This document shows positions 50,279 through 63,436 of a stretch of DNA of 64,000 nucleotides, piece by piece. The notes under the pieces were generated by a model. It was not told where the DNA came from, ran no database searches, and worked only from the letters and a program-made list of their open reading frames with translations. Source of the stretch: Catajapyx aquilonaris (Eukaryota); assembly GCA_000934665.2 (NCBI GenBank), contig KZ538202.1, forward strand, positions 1 through 64,000, written 5' to 3'. A program made the translations under genes and the position numbers. Position 1 is the first letter of the stretch. The number at the start of each line of letters is the position of its first letter.

Positions 50279-50333
<55 letters not shown>
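50003..50333 (+). mobile_element. SINE family B with (ATT)n tail
   Basis: GGCGGAGTGGTGCAGTGGTAAC...GGTTCGATTCC...AATAAAGGTCCGTGCT...AGCACTACCCGC(ATT)n. Confidence 0.9.
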
Positions 50334-51546
50334 GGGACACCTGCGCTAGGTATAGCTGGATTGCATATTGGTCGTAGGAGACCCAGAGGGATAACCTATT
50401 AAATGTTCTTCAGATTGCATAAAAATAACTGCTATAATTATAATAGACTCTGTGCTAAAGTGTTAAAAACCGTTAACGACTTTATTTCAACACAGTTCAG
50501 ATGTAACGCTTGCTCATCAAATCTGCCCATCCTGGTGGATGCTGCCAGGGTTTTGCTCCTCACTGGGTGTTGGTATTCTGTATAGCATGCGACCAGTAGA
50601 GATGCCAAGGTTACGTTTCAGTCGAGAAGGCCTTCAACTTATTATAGTTCTACAACAAATCTCTGGAACATATGGCACAAACTGTTGCGGTCAAGATAAA
50701 TAGGGGGCGAGCATCTAGAGAGCCCAAAAAACCATCAGTAACACTTAAGACAATTGTGAGAAATGTGTGAGAAATTGTAAAATCTTTGCATAATAAAACT
50801 ATTTAATCCGTAATGTGTTTTTTGGGAGCAACATCATTTCAATAAAGTTAGTCTTGTTTCTACAAAAGATTCCAAAAACCCACAATGCTTCTTTTGGGTA
50901 TTTTCTTATTCCAGTTGGACGCTGCGTAACCGACAAGGTGAATACATGTAAGAACAAAAATTCTGGATAGACTACTGTAACAGAGATGGAGGCGTGCTGA
51001 AGTAGGGAATGTACTAAGGTAATTACTTCTTCGCAGCCTCCCATGTACACGAGGCTGCAAAGCAGGTTGCGTCACAATGTGGAACACGCTCTCATCTGTT
51101 TCTCACAGCCCGCCTCAAATTTCAAATCGGCGGTTTTAAAAGCTGACTTCCTGCAATGCGCAATTTGTTGTAGATTCACTGTTGTTCGAAATGGCGCAGA
51201 AGGGGCGGAAAACGGTATACCCTCGGTCTTCTCAAGTACAGTATACTGCTATTTCCTGAGAAAATCTGGGGTCAAACGTTTCTATGAATTTCTCTCGCCC
51301 TTTGTCCACGAGCCTGTGCTTTTCTTTCTTGAATGCGTATTAAATGCTGCCATCGTGTGATAGGCTACATCTTTATGCAGTGTTGCAATTTCAAAGTCTC
51401 TGTTGCGTTGACAAGCACTTTTGAGTTATGTAATCAGAAGGACGCCGCCTAATGTATTGTTTTGTCAGTGTCAGTTTTTACAAAGAGGTAATCATTTGTT
51501 GAACTAATAGTCTGGTGTATACTAGGGACCCATATAACCTATTCTA

Positions 51547-51770
51547 CAAGGTGTTCCATAATAATATCGACAACGTCCTGTAGTGAGCTCCTATAAACAC
51601 CAAAGAATCACTTATTATGCAGAGGTGTCATTTGGTCTCTGCAGCTTCGATACCGAGATATCCTACTCAGACCCCAGATATAATGGAGATTCTACGTAAA
51701 ATAATATCGATTGTATGATTCCCAGCTGTTCACCCTATATAACGTTGTCGATATTATTACGAAACATCAG
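51547..51770. mobile_element. Tc1/mariner-like MITE
   Basis: GTGTTCCATAATAATATCGACAACGT / ACGTTGTCGATATTATTACGAAACAT inverted ends. Confidence 0.6.
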
Positions 51771-54700
51771 CCATGCCCCCAAACAATTGAAGACCACATT
51801 GCAATAAGGGCCCATCTGCCAATTTTTATTCAGTTTGGCACACTCATAAAAAATTATTGTTCTGGGATTTGTGCTAACTAAAATGATGGCATAACGATGG
51901 CATTTAGGTGCCGGCAGTTAATACTGATCATAATGTAAAATGGAGGCTCTAAAACAACTTAAAATTGCATTCTTTTTAAATGCGTAAAATTATAGGAATC
52001 AGATACAGTTACAAACAGGCGTCAATGTTTCATATATTGTTAAAACAGCGGAGTCAATATATACTTTGCAATAAAAACTGAAGCATCACATAAACAAATA
52101 AGATTTAATATCTGAAACCTTTGGCGTTAATAACCACTATAGTAATCACGAGTAGGCTACACTTAGTCGTGTAATTATGCAAAATTATTAAAGAGATTTA
52201 ATTCCCCTTATGGCAATGATGACACCTAATCATGAGTAGGCCTATAATTGTATTCGGCTGCACACTTCAAAGTGGTTAATTTCTCAATCCAACTATAGGA
52301 ACTCTAAATCGATAGCCATTCCTTAAAACTACATCTACTGATCAATTATTTCTTAAACAGTAGTCCTGTACCTCTTTAAAAATTTGAGATCATCCTATGT
52401 TAATTGAAAGTTTACATCACTTTTATGTTAATGAAGACAATGTTAAATAAATTGAGTTAAATCGAGAAGTAAGAAATAAAAATGATGCTCCTGATGCTTA
52501 ATTTCCATGTTGCGGTTTTTTTATTCAGAAGCATTAATTTTAAAAGTAAGCAATAATATTATTATAACTACATTATAAGATAGAAAATATTTATTGGTTT
52601 TTATGTTAATGTTGATGGGAAAAGTTGGCTTCTGATATGTTTAGTTTTAATATCAACAATAATATGAATTTTTGTTGGTAGCCTGCGTATTATTGAAGCA
52701 CCTCTACTTAAGCAATAGTATCTGTTTTCGGATCTACCTGGGATTTTGACTGTTTTTAAAATATGTATTACATGTCAGTTTTTAATGTGGAGTGTTATTG
52801 CTATTCACACAAATTTTCATTTTGTTGTAAGTTTCGTAGTAAATCAAGCTTCTCCCCCGCATATCACTCTTGACATTTCGTAAGACGCACCAGCGCGTGG
52901 CTGTCTTCTGAATGATATGTAAAAACCATCCACGGTGTCTCATGAATCAAAACTATCGATTTATGACCCGAGAAATAAATTATCCAGATTACGTCACTGC
53001 ACATAATGAAACAACTTTAGAGCTATTCTATTAAGGTGTAAGGCATAATGGAGTCACAATATTAATGATGGCTACCAATCTTCAAACGCTATTTTCCTTC
53101 TTATTACACTACTCGGTGGTTGTACGCCATAGTAATAATATATGTGACATATAAAACATTCTCATCCCATATTAAACCAAATATTACGCAATTACGCACT
53201 TACGCAATGTCGGTTTCCAGAAAATATGGCTTGTTGATTATCAATTTTCACAGAATAAAGCCTCTAGTCCAAGATTGGATATATTTTTTTTGGTATAATG
53301 CTTTTTACAACATTTATTTTAAATCAAACTCCTGTATTAACAAATAATTTGTTGAAGAGCAGAAATGCTGGGAATGCACGCTTTGCAGGCACATTTAGGC
53401 CTAATGGGTAACTACTACCTGTGCACATGGGTAGGATAACTGAAACTAGTTCCGTTGCATTCACTGACTTATTCTAAACATTTTATTCCTTTAGTCATAT
53501 TTTGACAACTTGACTATGTCACCCTTCACAGACGAATTTCAGATTTCAAGTCGGTCACCTCGTGCAGTATACCGGCATGACGGACGGCAGTAGGCTACTT
53601 TACATACTTCAGCTCTATTTGCAAAAAAAAAATGTGGAAAAATCGAGCTTTATATAAAAAAATTAGTGGTTATATTATGTAGTCTTACGTTCTGTAATGT
53701 GATATGTTGCGCACAATTATAATTCCAAACGCCTTATATTCATTCCAAAAGGACCAGTCTATTGCAACGTATGTTAACGATATAATTATTATAGGTTGTA
53801 ATCAATCCATTTTTTTATAGATATCCCCCTCCCTAGTCCCTACACATATTTCTTGATAAAACTGATATTGCCAGGAATGCAAAGAGTTAGACTGAGTCGC
53901 CATACTTGTATTTTCTTCGTTTACAAAGTAGCGGCTAATCCATGAGAAAGTTGCTGACACCCATATATGCAATCATGGAATATTTGGCAGTGTTCCACAT
54001 GGCACTACAAGTACAGGATGATTCAATAGATCACGACATTCCATCGTAATTTTGGGGAAAGCAGGGCGTAAGGTCATTTTCTCGAATTTTGTTGAATCAT
54101 TTTGGGTTTGTTTTGCTGAATATTTAAATTATGAAAATATATTCTGCTAGTAAAAAGGGGCCGATTCAATGGGGTGGAACGGACTTCAGTAGCTGTAGGG
54201 TAGCCCTGGGTCATAGAGTTCTGGATTTTTTTTTTTTGCAAAATAATTTTTTGAATGTTACAAGATCTACTACATTGAATAATGGTGTCATAATATATGA
54301 AATCGAAAAAAAAAATTGTGTAAGTACGTGGACTCACTTTCCAGTATGCACATGTGTGATTCTGCAGCAGACGTCAACTGCAGTATTCTACAGCATGGTG
54401 ACGGAGTGTGGTGTGCTGTGTGCTCATATCGTGTGCGCTAATGGCACAAGTTCATGATGCCGAATCTGATAGAAAGTCCAAATTGAGTGTGTCTTACAAG
54501 TAGACCTATAACGTAACAATGATGGGAGAGGGCTCATTGAACTGTTCGCATGAGCACCGATCTCCTACTAGATTTTGTGAACAATATTCCAAGAGGTTCC
54601 CATACACGTATCAGATGAACAGATTTTTATACCATTGTTATAAGTTGTCAACATAAATACTCAGGTCTTGACACACTGACAGTAACCTCGACAAGAAAAA

Positions 54701-55752
54701 TCTCTGCGGTCTAAAAGCGATTTGCAATCCTTTCATCAGGTGAACTGCGTATCATGGCCTTCGAATGACACATTAATTTCAGCATGACCGATACGACATG
54801 AAAAGACGTTTCATTTGTAAGTCGTTATGCTACATAGTGGCATGTACGCACATGGCCAAATGGAACTTGGTAGTCAAGGAGTGTGCCGAATAGATTTTGA
54901 AAGCTTCATTCATGGTCGGCGACAGGAGGTCGCGTCGAGGGTTCTCAAGAGGTGTGCAGGACCTTGGGATACTCAAAGCGCATTGTCTTGCCACACCACA
55001 GGTGTCCAATCGTCATCCTACTCACGCTTTCAATCCTCGTACTGTACAATCCATTATGTCATCTGCATGCTGCCTGACCAACTCCATCAATATCGAAGTC
55101 AATTTTTCAAAATTAATAACTTGCACTGATTTCAGTTGTTCTGGAGTAACTTTCATCATTCTGGGCTCGCATAGGTGAGATTTGGCTAAAAAACATTGAC
55201 GTTCTGGGATCGAAGATAATGAATAATTTATGTAAGTGTAGCATGGTGATGTATCTAGCCTATACTACTTGTATAATCCACATTCCGGCATCAGTAAGTT
55301 AATAACATTTATGGACGTGTAAGGTTACTCCGTTTTGTAGGTGTGATTAGTGTGATCGGAGCTTTCTGTGATGACTTCTTTTTCTGTTAATTTTTACGCA
55401 ATTGTTTTAAAATTCATCCAACCATGAAACCATCATTGGGGGCAAACATTGGACGAAAATTCTAATTTAAAAAAAAATATCTAAAAAATTATGGTTACCT
55501 AACAATGGAAAAAATAGTTTATCGCATCTAAAGCCTATAGGTATGTATTTACCCGCAATTCCTCAACATTATCTCTTCATTGCAATATTCCAAGACGAAA
55601 TAACCTCATTTAATTCGGGCGATTTCAATTTAATATCGGAGATAATCGCATGTTAATTTTAGTTTCATCAGATAGGTGAATAATGGTGATCATCATTCTA
55701 CAAGTTATTCAATCCCCCCCCCCCTCCCAACTACATGACTTGCCTGTGAATA

Positions 55753-55819
55753 TCATATACGTGAATTTCAAAGGGGTCATACGTCATGCGCATGACCCCT
55801 TTGAAATTCACGTATATGA
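55753..55819. other. Perfect 28-bp inverted repeat with an 11-nt loop
   Basis: TCATATACGTGAATTTCAAAGGGGTCAT / ATGACCCCTTTGAAATTCACGTATATGA. Confidence 0.85.
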
Positions 55820-56768
55820 CGAAACTAGTGTGGATATGCTATTATCTCCGTAAAATAGTCAAAATAAACAAGGGGAATTAATTTTGGAATATTTGAAAGA
55901 CGTGTGTACCTTTATGAACACCCTCTAAACTGCATAGTTAACTATCGAAAATCAGGCAAGTAAAACATGGGCCGAGGAAAATTATCTTCGCGCAGTAGGC
56001 TACATCCCACCTAGTAATTACTTCCCTAGAAATTGCCCTAAGCATGTAAATAAATAATATCTAACTTCATCAGGCAACCATACAGTATACGATATCACAC
56101 TTCCTTTGCTACAAAAACCCATAATTTACCCAGGATTTCCTGAACCCAAAATATATACTGCATAAAAAGGAGATATAGCCGCAAGCTTCAATATAACTGC
56201 TCCACCACCAAGAGTGACAATAAAGGCCTGATGAGGCTACGTTTTTCAGCCCGCAGCTATTCAACAGCTGCCACAGCCCTCAACAAGCAGTAATGAGCCA
56301 GGTGCAGCAGCATCGTGGCAGAGTGACAAGATCGCCTACTTAGTGACCATTGCTCTCAAGCTTTTAAGAGTACACTATGCTCATCAGATTACACCAGTCT
56401 AATAATGTTACCTTCAATTATTTATGTGCAGATCAGCACACTTTCTCTTCTCTGCTGACACTTCAACTTGCTGACCACTTGCTCGATGGCTCACCCTGGA
56501 CTTACTAGTCATCTAGGGCATAGCTTTCAGGAAGGAAGAAGGAATCCTGACACTGGGTTCCATGGAGCCTGGGGTCAAGGCCCTATAAATAGGACAGGAA
56601 TGCAAGCAATGGTGGGTTCCCCAGAGCCTTAGTTGACCTCAGGGGGAAAAAAGTACTGGTCTGATTGCGATATGAGGACAGCGGCATTTATTGCATGACA
56701 ACAAGTAACAAGGTCGTTAGTGCTGTGTTGCTTACATAATCGGGTTTCCAAATAATTGATGGAGGACC

Positions 56769-56904
56769 CTACAAACAGCATGTGGCCGCTAGACCTAGGA
56801 CAACTACGATGCAAGCGTGAATAGGGTCCATCAGCATGAATGTCAACAGGCGCCACACGAGGTACATGCCGAACATCTGAGCCAACCGGTGAAGGATGTG
56901 TAAA
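56769..56904 (-). CDS. FAR: Fatty acyl-CoA reductase B, terminal exon
   Basis: (R)LHILHRLAQMFGMYLVWRLLTFMLMDPIHACIVVVLGLAATCCL*, homologous to the FAR-A tail (H-R..Q...WR); TTTCTACCCTCAG acceptor; phase matches. Confidence 0.85.
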
Positions 56905-58346
56905 CTGAGGGTAGAAATATTATATTAGAGAAGCAGGATTAAGGGAAGATATGCTTTAAATTAGGTAACGTACAAGGATGATTGATCAACTTGTTCAGTG
57001 CAGTGAATGTGTAGGCGTACAACTAAATGGTCTAAAATATGGTATTACAACACTAAATTGCCCCAGACCAAAATAGCACAGTAATACTAACATTTCATAA
57101 GGTTCTTACCTATTGTTATGCTACTGTTGTTCACAGGGAAATAGTATGTTTTCAACCTGTACGTTTGTATACAATCTGGCAGGTCATACCAAAAGTAGTT
57201 TATAGCGGACATTAAACCCCCACCATATTTGAGTGGCACAATGAAGCAAATCATATAAATTAATACAACTTTTTCCGAAATGTGCCAAGTGAATTTTACA
57301 CATGTACTCTACCTTACCGATAGTACTGGCATAATACCAGGTATGATCATCATGATTGTAATCATGACATAACGGAAGTGATGTGACTAGAAAAATAAAC
57401 AATGCTCGAATGATTGTACGTATTACAAAATGCTTTAGCAGATACACAGGGTTCAATATGGTGCATTTGAAGAGAAATGTGGGATTTGGAGAATCCATAA
57501 TGTTTCGTCATCATAAAACACTATTTGGGCTTAATAAGTGCTCGTAAAGTTTATCCTGTTTATTATTACCTTCATTTCCATTGACAGACATAATATTCTA
57601 ATATTTTAATGTTGGATGACGAATGAGGAAGATTTCAATTAAGAACTGTATACACGTCCCACAAAATTTTAAAATACTATATAATGCCTAATTTCAACAA
57701 ATAAGAGTTTTAATTAAATTAAATTAAGGTTTTCAATGATTTAGAAAATTCTAGGCAGTTTAGATCTCGACAGCTGATAATATACAAGGCGATTGTTTTT
57801 ATCTCACAAAAATTCAGGTAAGGATGAGTCCTTGCTCCTTTTAGTGTTGAATGCGCGAATATATACCGTAAAACTGGGTGAGATTGTGCCAGCGCATTTT
57901 TGGACAACGCAAACTAGCGAATTTCGTCATGTTTAACTACATTGAGGGATGGTCAAGGTTGGCAATGACGAGTAAAATTCGCTATAGGGTGTATACTGTT
58001 GTCCAAGAAATGAGCTGGCACAATCTCACCACACCGGGCACAATCTCACTCCGTTTTACGGTACTGCATTCATAATTATTACAAACCTCTAAAGTCTAAG
58101 TATGAGTGGGATATTGCTAAGTAGCCTTGATTGACAGCACATAAAAAGTAGTCTGCAGCAGCCTGCAAATTATTATTACATGTTTCACAACATGATTTTA
58201 GAAATAAATATTTGAAATTCCATACACTATAATCACTATTGACTTAATTTACTTATACATAAAACTTATAGAATAAAAAATAATGCGGTGACCCCCATTC
58301 AGCATCCTATTAAAATCATCGTCCATGCCATCTACAGTAATCTTAC

Positions 58347-58607
58347 CGTCTCATTCGGCTTAGGGCCTGAGGTAGTCCTACCACCAGATCCTCTTTGAGC
58401 AAAAATCTCTTGATACCCAACACGTATTGGCGCATGTACGTGGTCCAATTCATTTGCCGTAAGTCGAAGAAGAAGGTGTCTTGGTCAGGCTTGGAAAGTC
58501 GTCCCCAGAGGGCTAGCACATTGTCGTTGCTGTGCTGCCATTCCCGTGTTGTGAAGTATTGCAGAGCTTTACAGGCGCGAGACAACTTTCCATAGATGCG
58601 TACCATC
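58347..58607 (-). CDS. FAR: Fatty acyl-CoA reductase B, exon (FAR-C domain)
   Basis: MVRIYGKLSRACKALQYFTTREW...FFFDLRQMNW...GIKRFLLKED; 261 nt. Confidence 0.95.
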
Positions 58608-58672
58608 CTGTACAGGACGGAAAAAAATGTTGTAATTTCAGCACGCATTATGAAGTTCTAGTAAGTTAATAC

Positions 58673-58912
58673 CTGGGCTTGCCACCCGACACTCGAGCGT
58701 ACAAATCCATCAGGTGAGCAGGAACGCAGTGAAATAAGAAGTCGATTGTACCATGGACGACACGGTTTGTCTTAAAGTTGCCACAAGGGTACCACAAGGT
58801 CGTCTCTGTCGGATTCTTCAACATCGTTACTTTGCCCAGGTATTGGTAGTCACCCCACAACAAAGGATTTAAGCTTCCGGATGTGTAGTTGTACACCTGA
58901 ACTTTGTCCCTC
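58673..58912 (-). CDS. FAR: Fatty acyl-CoA reductase B, exon
   Basis: VYNYTSGSLNPLLWG...LWYP...FHCVPAHLMD; 240 nt, as in FAR-A. Confidence 0.95.
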
Positions 58913-59414
58913 CTTAAAAGAATAACATATTTAATGTGAATATGGCAGATACAGTATAAAAAGGCAAGTAGACTATAATTTGCACGTAAAAATGAAATAT
59001 GAAACAATTTCAGAATTCAGAATTCAATTGAACTGTATCTAACTGAGCTGTATTGCACCTGAATAACAGAAGATATTGGTGGGGAGGGGGAGGAGCTGTA
59101 TCTTTTATCTGTAGAAGAAAAGCTCCCGGCTAAAGAAAACTGTGAAACATATTCGGCCCAAAATGCTTGCCATACCTAGTGGTAGGAAGCGCCAAGGGCG
59201 ACTAAAACAGTTTTGAAAACCGTTGCTACTAATGGAAATGCCATGGGATTTTCCCTATAGGTCACCAATCTATTTTGAATCTGTCGCATTGTCCTACGTT
59301 TTCAATTTGAGACTAGGAATGCTGGAAGCCAGACAAAACGTGTCAAACAATGAGTTTAGAAGCATCAGATTTTTGTGACTAGTACACACTCAATAAGCAA
59401 TAAGTATACACTAC

Positions 59415-59607
59415 CTATGAGTAGCTACGTCCCATGCGGCGGCAATCATAAGATTGGTTGCCATGTCCACAGGAACGAAGTCTGCGATCAGCCCAACATC
59501 AGCAATAAAACTCTTGACAATCCCTTTGCTGTAGCCAATGGAGAGCCCAGCAGGACCATTTGTTGTGTCGATCCATCCAGGAAATGGCTCTTTCCATGCA
59601 CCTACCA
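59415..59607 (-). CDS. FAR: Fatty acyl-CoA reductase B, exon
   Basis: VVGAWKEPFPGWIDTTNGPAG...ADFVPVD; 193 nt, as in FAR-A. Confidence 0.95.
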
Positions 59608-60884
59608 CTGAAATGTGCATATGAAAACCAGTTACTACAATAATATTTGAGAATACCTAACGTTGTTTCCAAGTTACCGTATACATAGGTCAAGGAAAGT
59701 CAAGGAGGGTTAATAAGGTAGTTTTAAAGTACGTACAATGAAATTATCGAGCACGTGTTAATATTCATCGGAATATCCTGCCCTCATTTAGCACCTCATT
59801 GTTTCTTTCACATGAGCAATCTGGCAAGGTTTATCAGAAATTCGATCTCGGAGTCTCTGTAATATTCTAAGCGGTCACGGTGATACGGAAACCTGATGGT
59901 GCGTTTTTATGGATGCGAAACAATGTGGGACTTTTTTCATGCAATGTAGCGGGCTCTTATCAATGACCCACTTCAATCTGTAACATTTATCTTATTTTCC
60001 GTTCATCGCATCGTTGAAATCACGCCTTTATTATTACTTGCAGTTTCTTGTTAGTGTATCCGGTAGTGGCAGTTTGGCTTCAGAGAGTTTTCAGCGGTAT
60101 AAATTACAAGAGTCAGATTTCACAAAAGATGATAACGAAAGGGATTCCAGCTTTTCATGCCGAAAGGTTATTCGATTGTGACTGATTTTTCTGCATTGCA
60201 GGTCTTCAATTTTTTATATGAGAGCAGTATGTTGTTAACAGACTTCAATAGAATTATTTTTAGGCTTGATTTCTACACATGATGACGGTGACAACTGCCA
60301 ATTATGCAGACTGGGTGTTGTAATTTAATTGCAATTTAAATTCTATTTTAAGTATGGTTGATGTATGAGAAAAGAGTGTCATGAACCTATAATTATACAG
60401 AAACAATAAGATAACTGACCAAGCTGTTCCCTGCCCATTTTAAAATTATTAGCAATGATTATCTGGTTGCTTTAAGTAACTTGGTTGTAGCATAATGACT
60501 TTTGTAAGGAACTTCTCCCCCCCCCCCCCCTTCTCTCTGTTTTTGTACCAAGTTATTTTTTAAATGATATCATGGAATGAGTCAGTATTCGCAAAGTTAA
60601 TACGATTAATTAGTTGTATTAATTTTTTTTGCAATAGATTATTCCGTGATTTTAGGGGATTCTCTTTTATATTTCTATATTCATCATTTCGCTTTCCACC
60701 CGACATGCCGGGGCAGAATATATTGCACTCCCTACTCTGCCCAGGGCCAGGAGAAAAGGTATGGTGTATTTCAGAAAGTCAGAAATGACTAATTACAGCG
60801 CCCTCCCTTGGGAACCTCCCCTTCCCCTAAAAGGGCTCCGCCCTATCACGGGGTAAATTTAAAAAAATAAATCCGTATTCATTC

Positions 60885-61070
60885 AAATGCTGCACTTCTG
60901 AATGATATCTGGTAGTGGCAGGAAACAATACGTATATCTCGAGAAAACTCGCGGAAATCCAGAGAGAACCATCAAAACCTTTTTCAAAATGAGAAATTCC
61001 TCTGTCCGGATCGAATTATGGACCTCAGATGTGGAAAGCTGTGGCTCTAACCGTTCTACCACCATGTTAC
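60885..61070 (-). mobile_element. Degenerate family-C (V-like) SINE, tail-to-tail with a plus-strand element ending near 60870
   Basis: Reverse strand ATGGTGGTAGAACGGTTAGAGCCACAGCTTTCCACATCTGAGGTCC...GGTTCTCTCTGGATTTCCGCGAGTTTTCTCG matches the 33.5 kb copy. Confidence 0.7.
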
Positions 61071-62413
61071 TCGCTTTATCATATTAGAAGCTTCAAGGCA
61101 AATATATCTGTTTCAAGAATTTTAAGGCTGGATAAAAATTCGTTTGCATTTCGTTCATTCATTCAGGAAATAATAACCGGTAACGGTCACATGATTACAT
61201 TTTTTTTCATTCATCTAATCGTACTGTACTCCTTAACAAAATATCATATGCAAAAAAGTACACAAACTATCATATAGAATTTGAAGATATTTCTAATTCA
61301 TTGGCTGTTACTGAAAACATCTCATAATTATTATGCATTCGTCAAATTTATTTTATTCCCGGCAAATCAATGTTCATATTATCAATCATTTGTCATTGCA
61401 AGAGATCACGTGGTTTTGCCTCTCTGACTCTCCCATCATTTACGTACATCCAGACATTTCAGCACAGATTCTGTGCCATTCCATCGTGCAAATTCCTATT
61501 AGCCCATTGCGTGACCATAAATTATTGGTTAACAACACGACAGTGTTGCATAAAAACAAGGAAGCCGCATACCGGTTTTTGAAAAATAAATCAATGGAGC
61601 AAAGTAAAAGTGGCTCATCTAACGGTAAGTGTAAGTAAGTTGCAAATGAAAGCAAAAGGGAACGATGTTTGGACGCAATAAAGGTGGCATTACAGCTTTA
61701 CTAATTAAAAAACTACTGCACAAAGTGATTTTAAAATGTATAGGAAGCATATTTCTATATTGATACACTTTTAGCTCTATTCAGTAATCCTCTATATGAT
61801 TATTAAGTAACTTCAATAGTTGAAGAGCTATTATGTAGAGCTATTAGAGTCATACTTGTTGTTTGGTCGAGAGTGAATTAAGCATTGAGTAATGTAGCCA
61901 TTGATTAATGCTAGTTGCTGATACCATCAATCATTTATTACAGTCCCTACTTATCCCGCATAATTATAACGTCACGATTTTTGACAACAATGAATAACAT
62001 GGCATTTTTTCTGTACAATTTGGAGGTATGAATTGCCATTGTGGGATGGTGTAAGGAGGTGGGCCAAAAGTTGCATATTATGTGAAGGTTGCGGAGAGGC
62101 AGCTTATGTCAACTTGCTAAGTTTGTTTTTGATTCTTCAGGGATCTTATTATTGAGGCGTACACACAGTACGTTGGCAGGTTAGGTTAGGTCAAGTCAGG
62201 TAAATGTGGCTTATAAGCATCCATATACAGAGGCAAGAGTGTAGGTATTCTTTTCATAAGTAATGGGTGAATTAAATCGTATTTCCCGCATATAACACTA
62301 CTTTTAGCGGTCACTTAAAGAGCGTTATATCGAGGTTGTACTTCAAACCCTGTTATCTCAATCCAGTATGACTCTCATCGTTTTGCACTTCATGTCTTCA
62401 TAGGAACACTTAC

Positions 62414-62529
62414 CAATAGAAGGTCGAACTATAGCTACTGGCAATTTGGCCTCCTCTGCTTCCTTCTGCAGCAGAACTTCTGCCATGGCTTTGGTATAGA
62501 TGTACGTGTTAGGCTTCGGCCTAATTAAT
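62414..62529 (-). CDS. FAR: Fatty acyl-CoA reductase B, exon with catalytic YxxxK
   Basis: [38 protein letters not shown]; 116 nt, canonical splice sites. Confidence 0.95.
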
Positions 62530-62788
62530 CTGATGATGAAAACCCTTGATTAACATTCATCTACTGAGCACAATAATTTTAGATGCAAATCAATTTTTAA
62601 AGTCAGTTTTGCGTGGAAGTCTCGCATGATATCAGTAATTTACAGAGCAAACCCTGTTCCCAAAGATCTTTCCACGCACACAAGCGTAACAACTATTTTT
62701 TTTTTACTCTACAGTATAGTGTTCGTGTCGCTTTTCTTCCCATAAATTGCACGCGAATTGTCCTTTCGTTAGATAGAAAAATACTTAC

Positions 62789-62934
62789 GTAGGCGATATG
62801 TTATTGAGCGTGGCTTCGTCCAAGTTGTCAGCAATGTTGAGGATGTGCGTGGGATGGTACGCCATCGGATACACGGTTTCGTGTATTTCCTTGCGTTCGC
62901 AGTTGCAGTACGCCGTGGACACGTGCACCAATGC
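62789..62934 (-). CDS. FAR: Fatty acyl-CoA reductase B, exon
   Basis: [48 protein letters not shown](T); 146 nt. Confidence 0.95.
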
Positions 62935-63187
62935 CTGTCAGTACAGTACACGTACTTGTAAAATGTTCTAAACTCCAGTCATTCTTACAGCTTTCTACTT
63001 GGCAATAATATATATCACCCTAAGCAATATTGCTGAATATTTATGAATGCATAATAATAGCGGCTGCTGCAATTAATGTTGCTATACGCTACTGTTGTAA
63101 CTAGAACTTGTTTCGCATACCAATGCTCATCTACACTAACATGCCTTTCTAAAATGATAAATAATCACAATCTTTGAGGCTACTTAC

Positions 63188-63436
63188 TGCCACATTTTTC
63201 ATTCGACGACACAGTTCCACCACTCTAATGACTGCTAGTACATTGATCTGCAGGGATCCCTTTAAGGGTTGATCGAACTTGACAGTAGCTGCAGAGTGAA
63301 AAACTACAGACACCTCCTCCAGCAACACTTTTTCGTCTTCCTCGCTCAGTTGGAGGTCATCCTTGGACACATCTCCCTTGACGGGCACCACTTTGCTTAG
63401 AGCCTGAGGGCATTCTTGTTTCAATCTGTTAAACAC
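63188..63436 (-). CDS. FAR: Fatty acyl-CoA reductase B, most 5' exon in the window; the N-terminal exon lies off the right edge
   Basis: VFNRLKQECPQALSKVVPVKGDV...[15 protein letters not shown]...KNVA; 249 nt. Confidence 0.95.

Noticed and set aside
56226..56262. CTGATGAG followed by a GGCT/AGCC stem, resembling a hammerhead ribozyme core
   Set aside because: The required GAAA after stem II is absent (CGCA) and I found no stems I/III.
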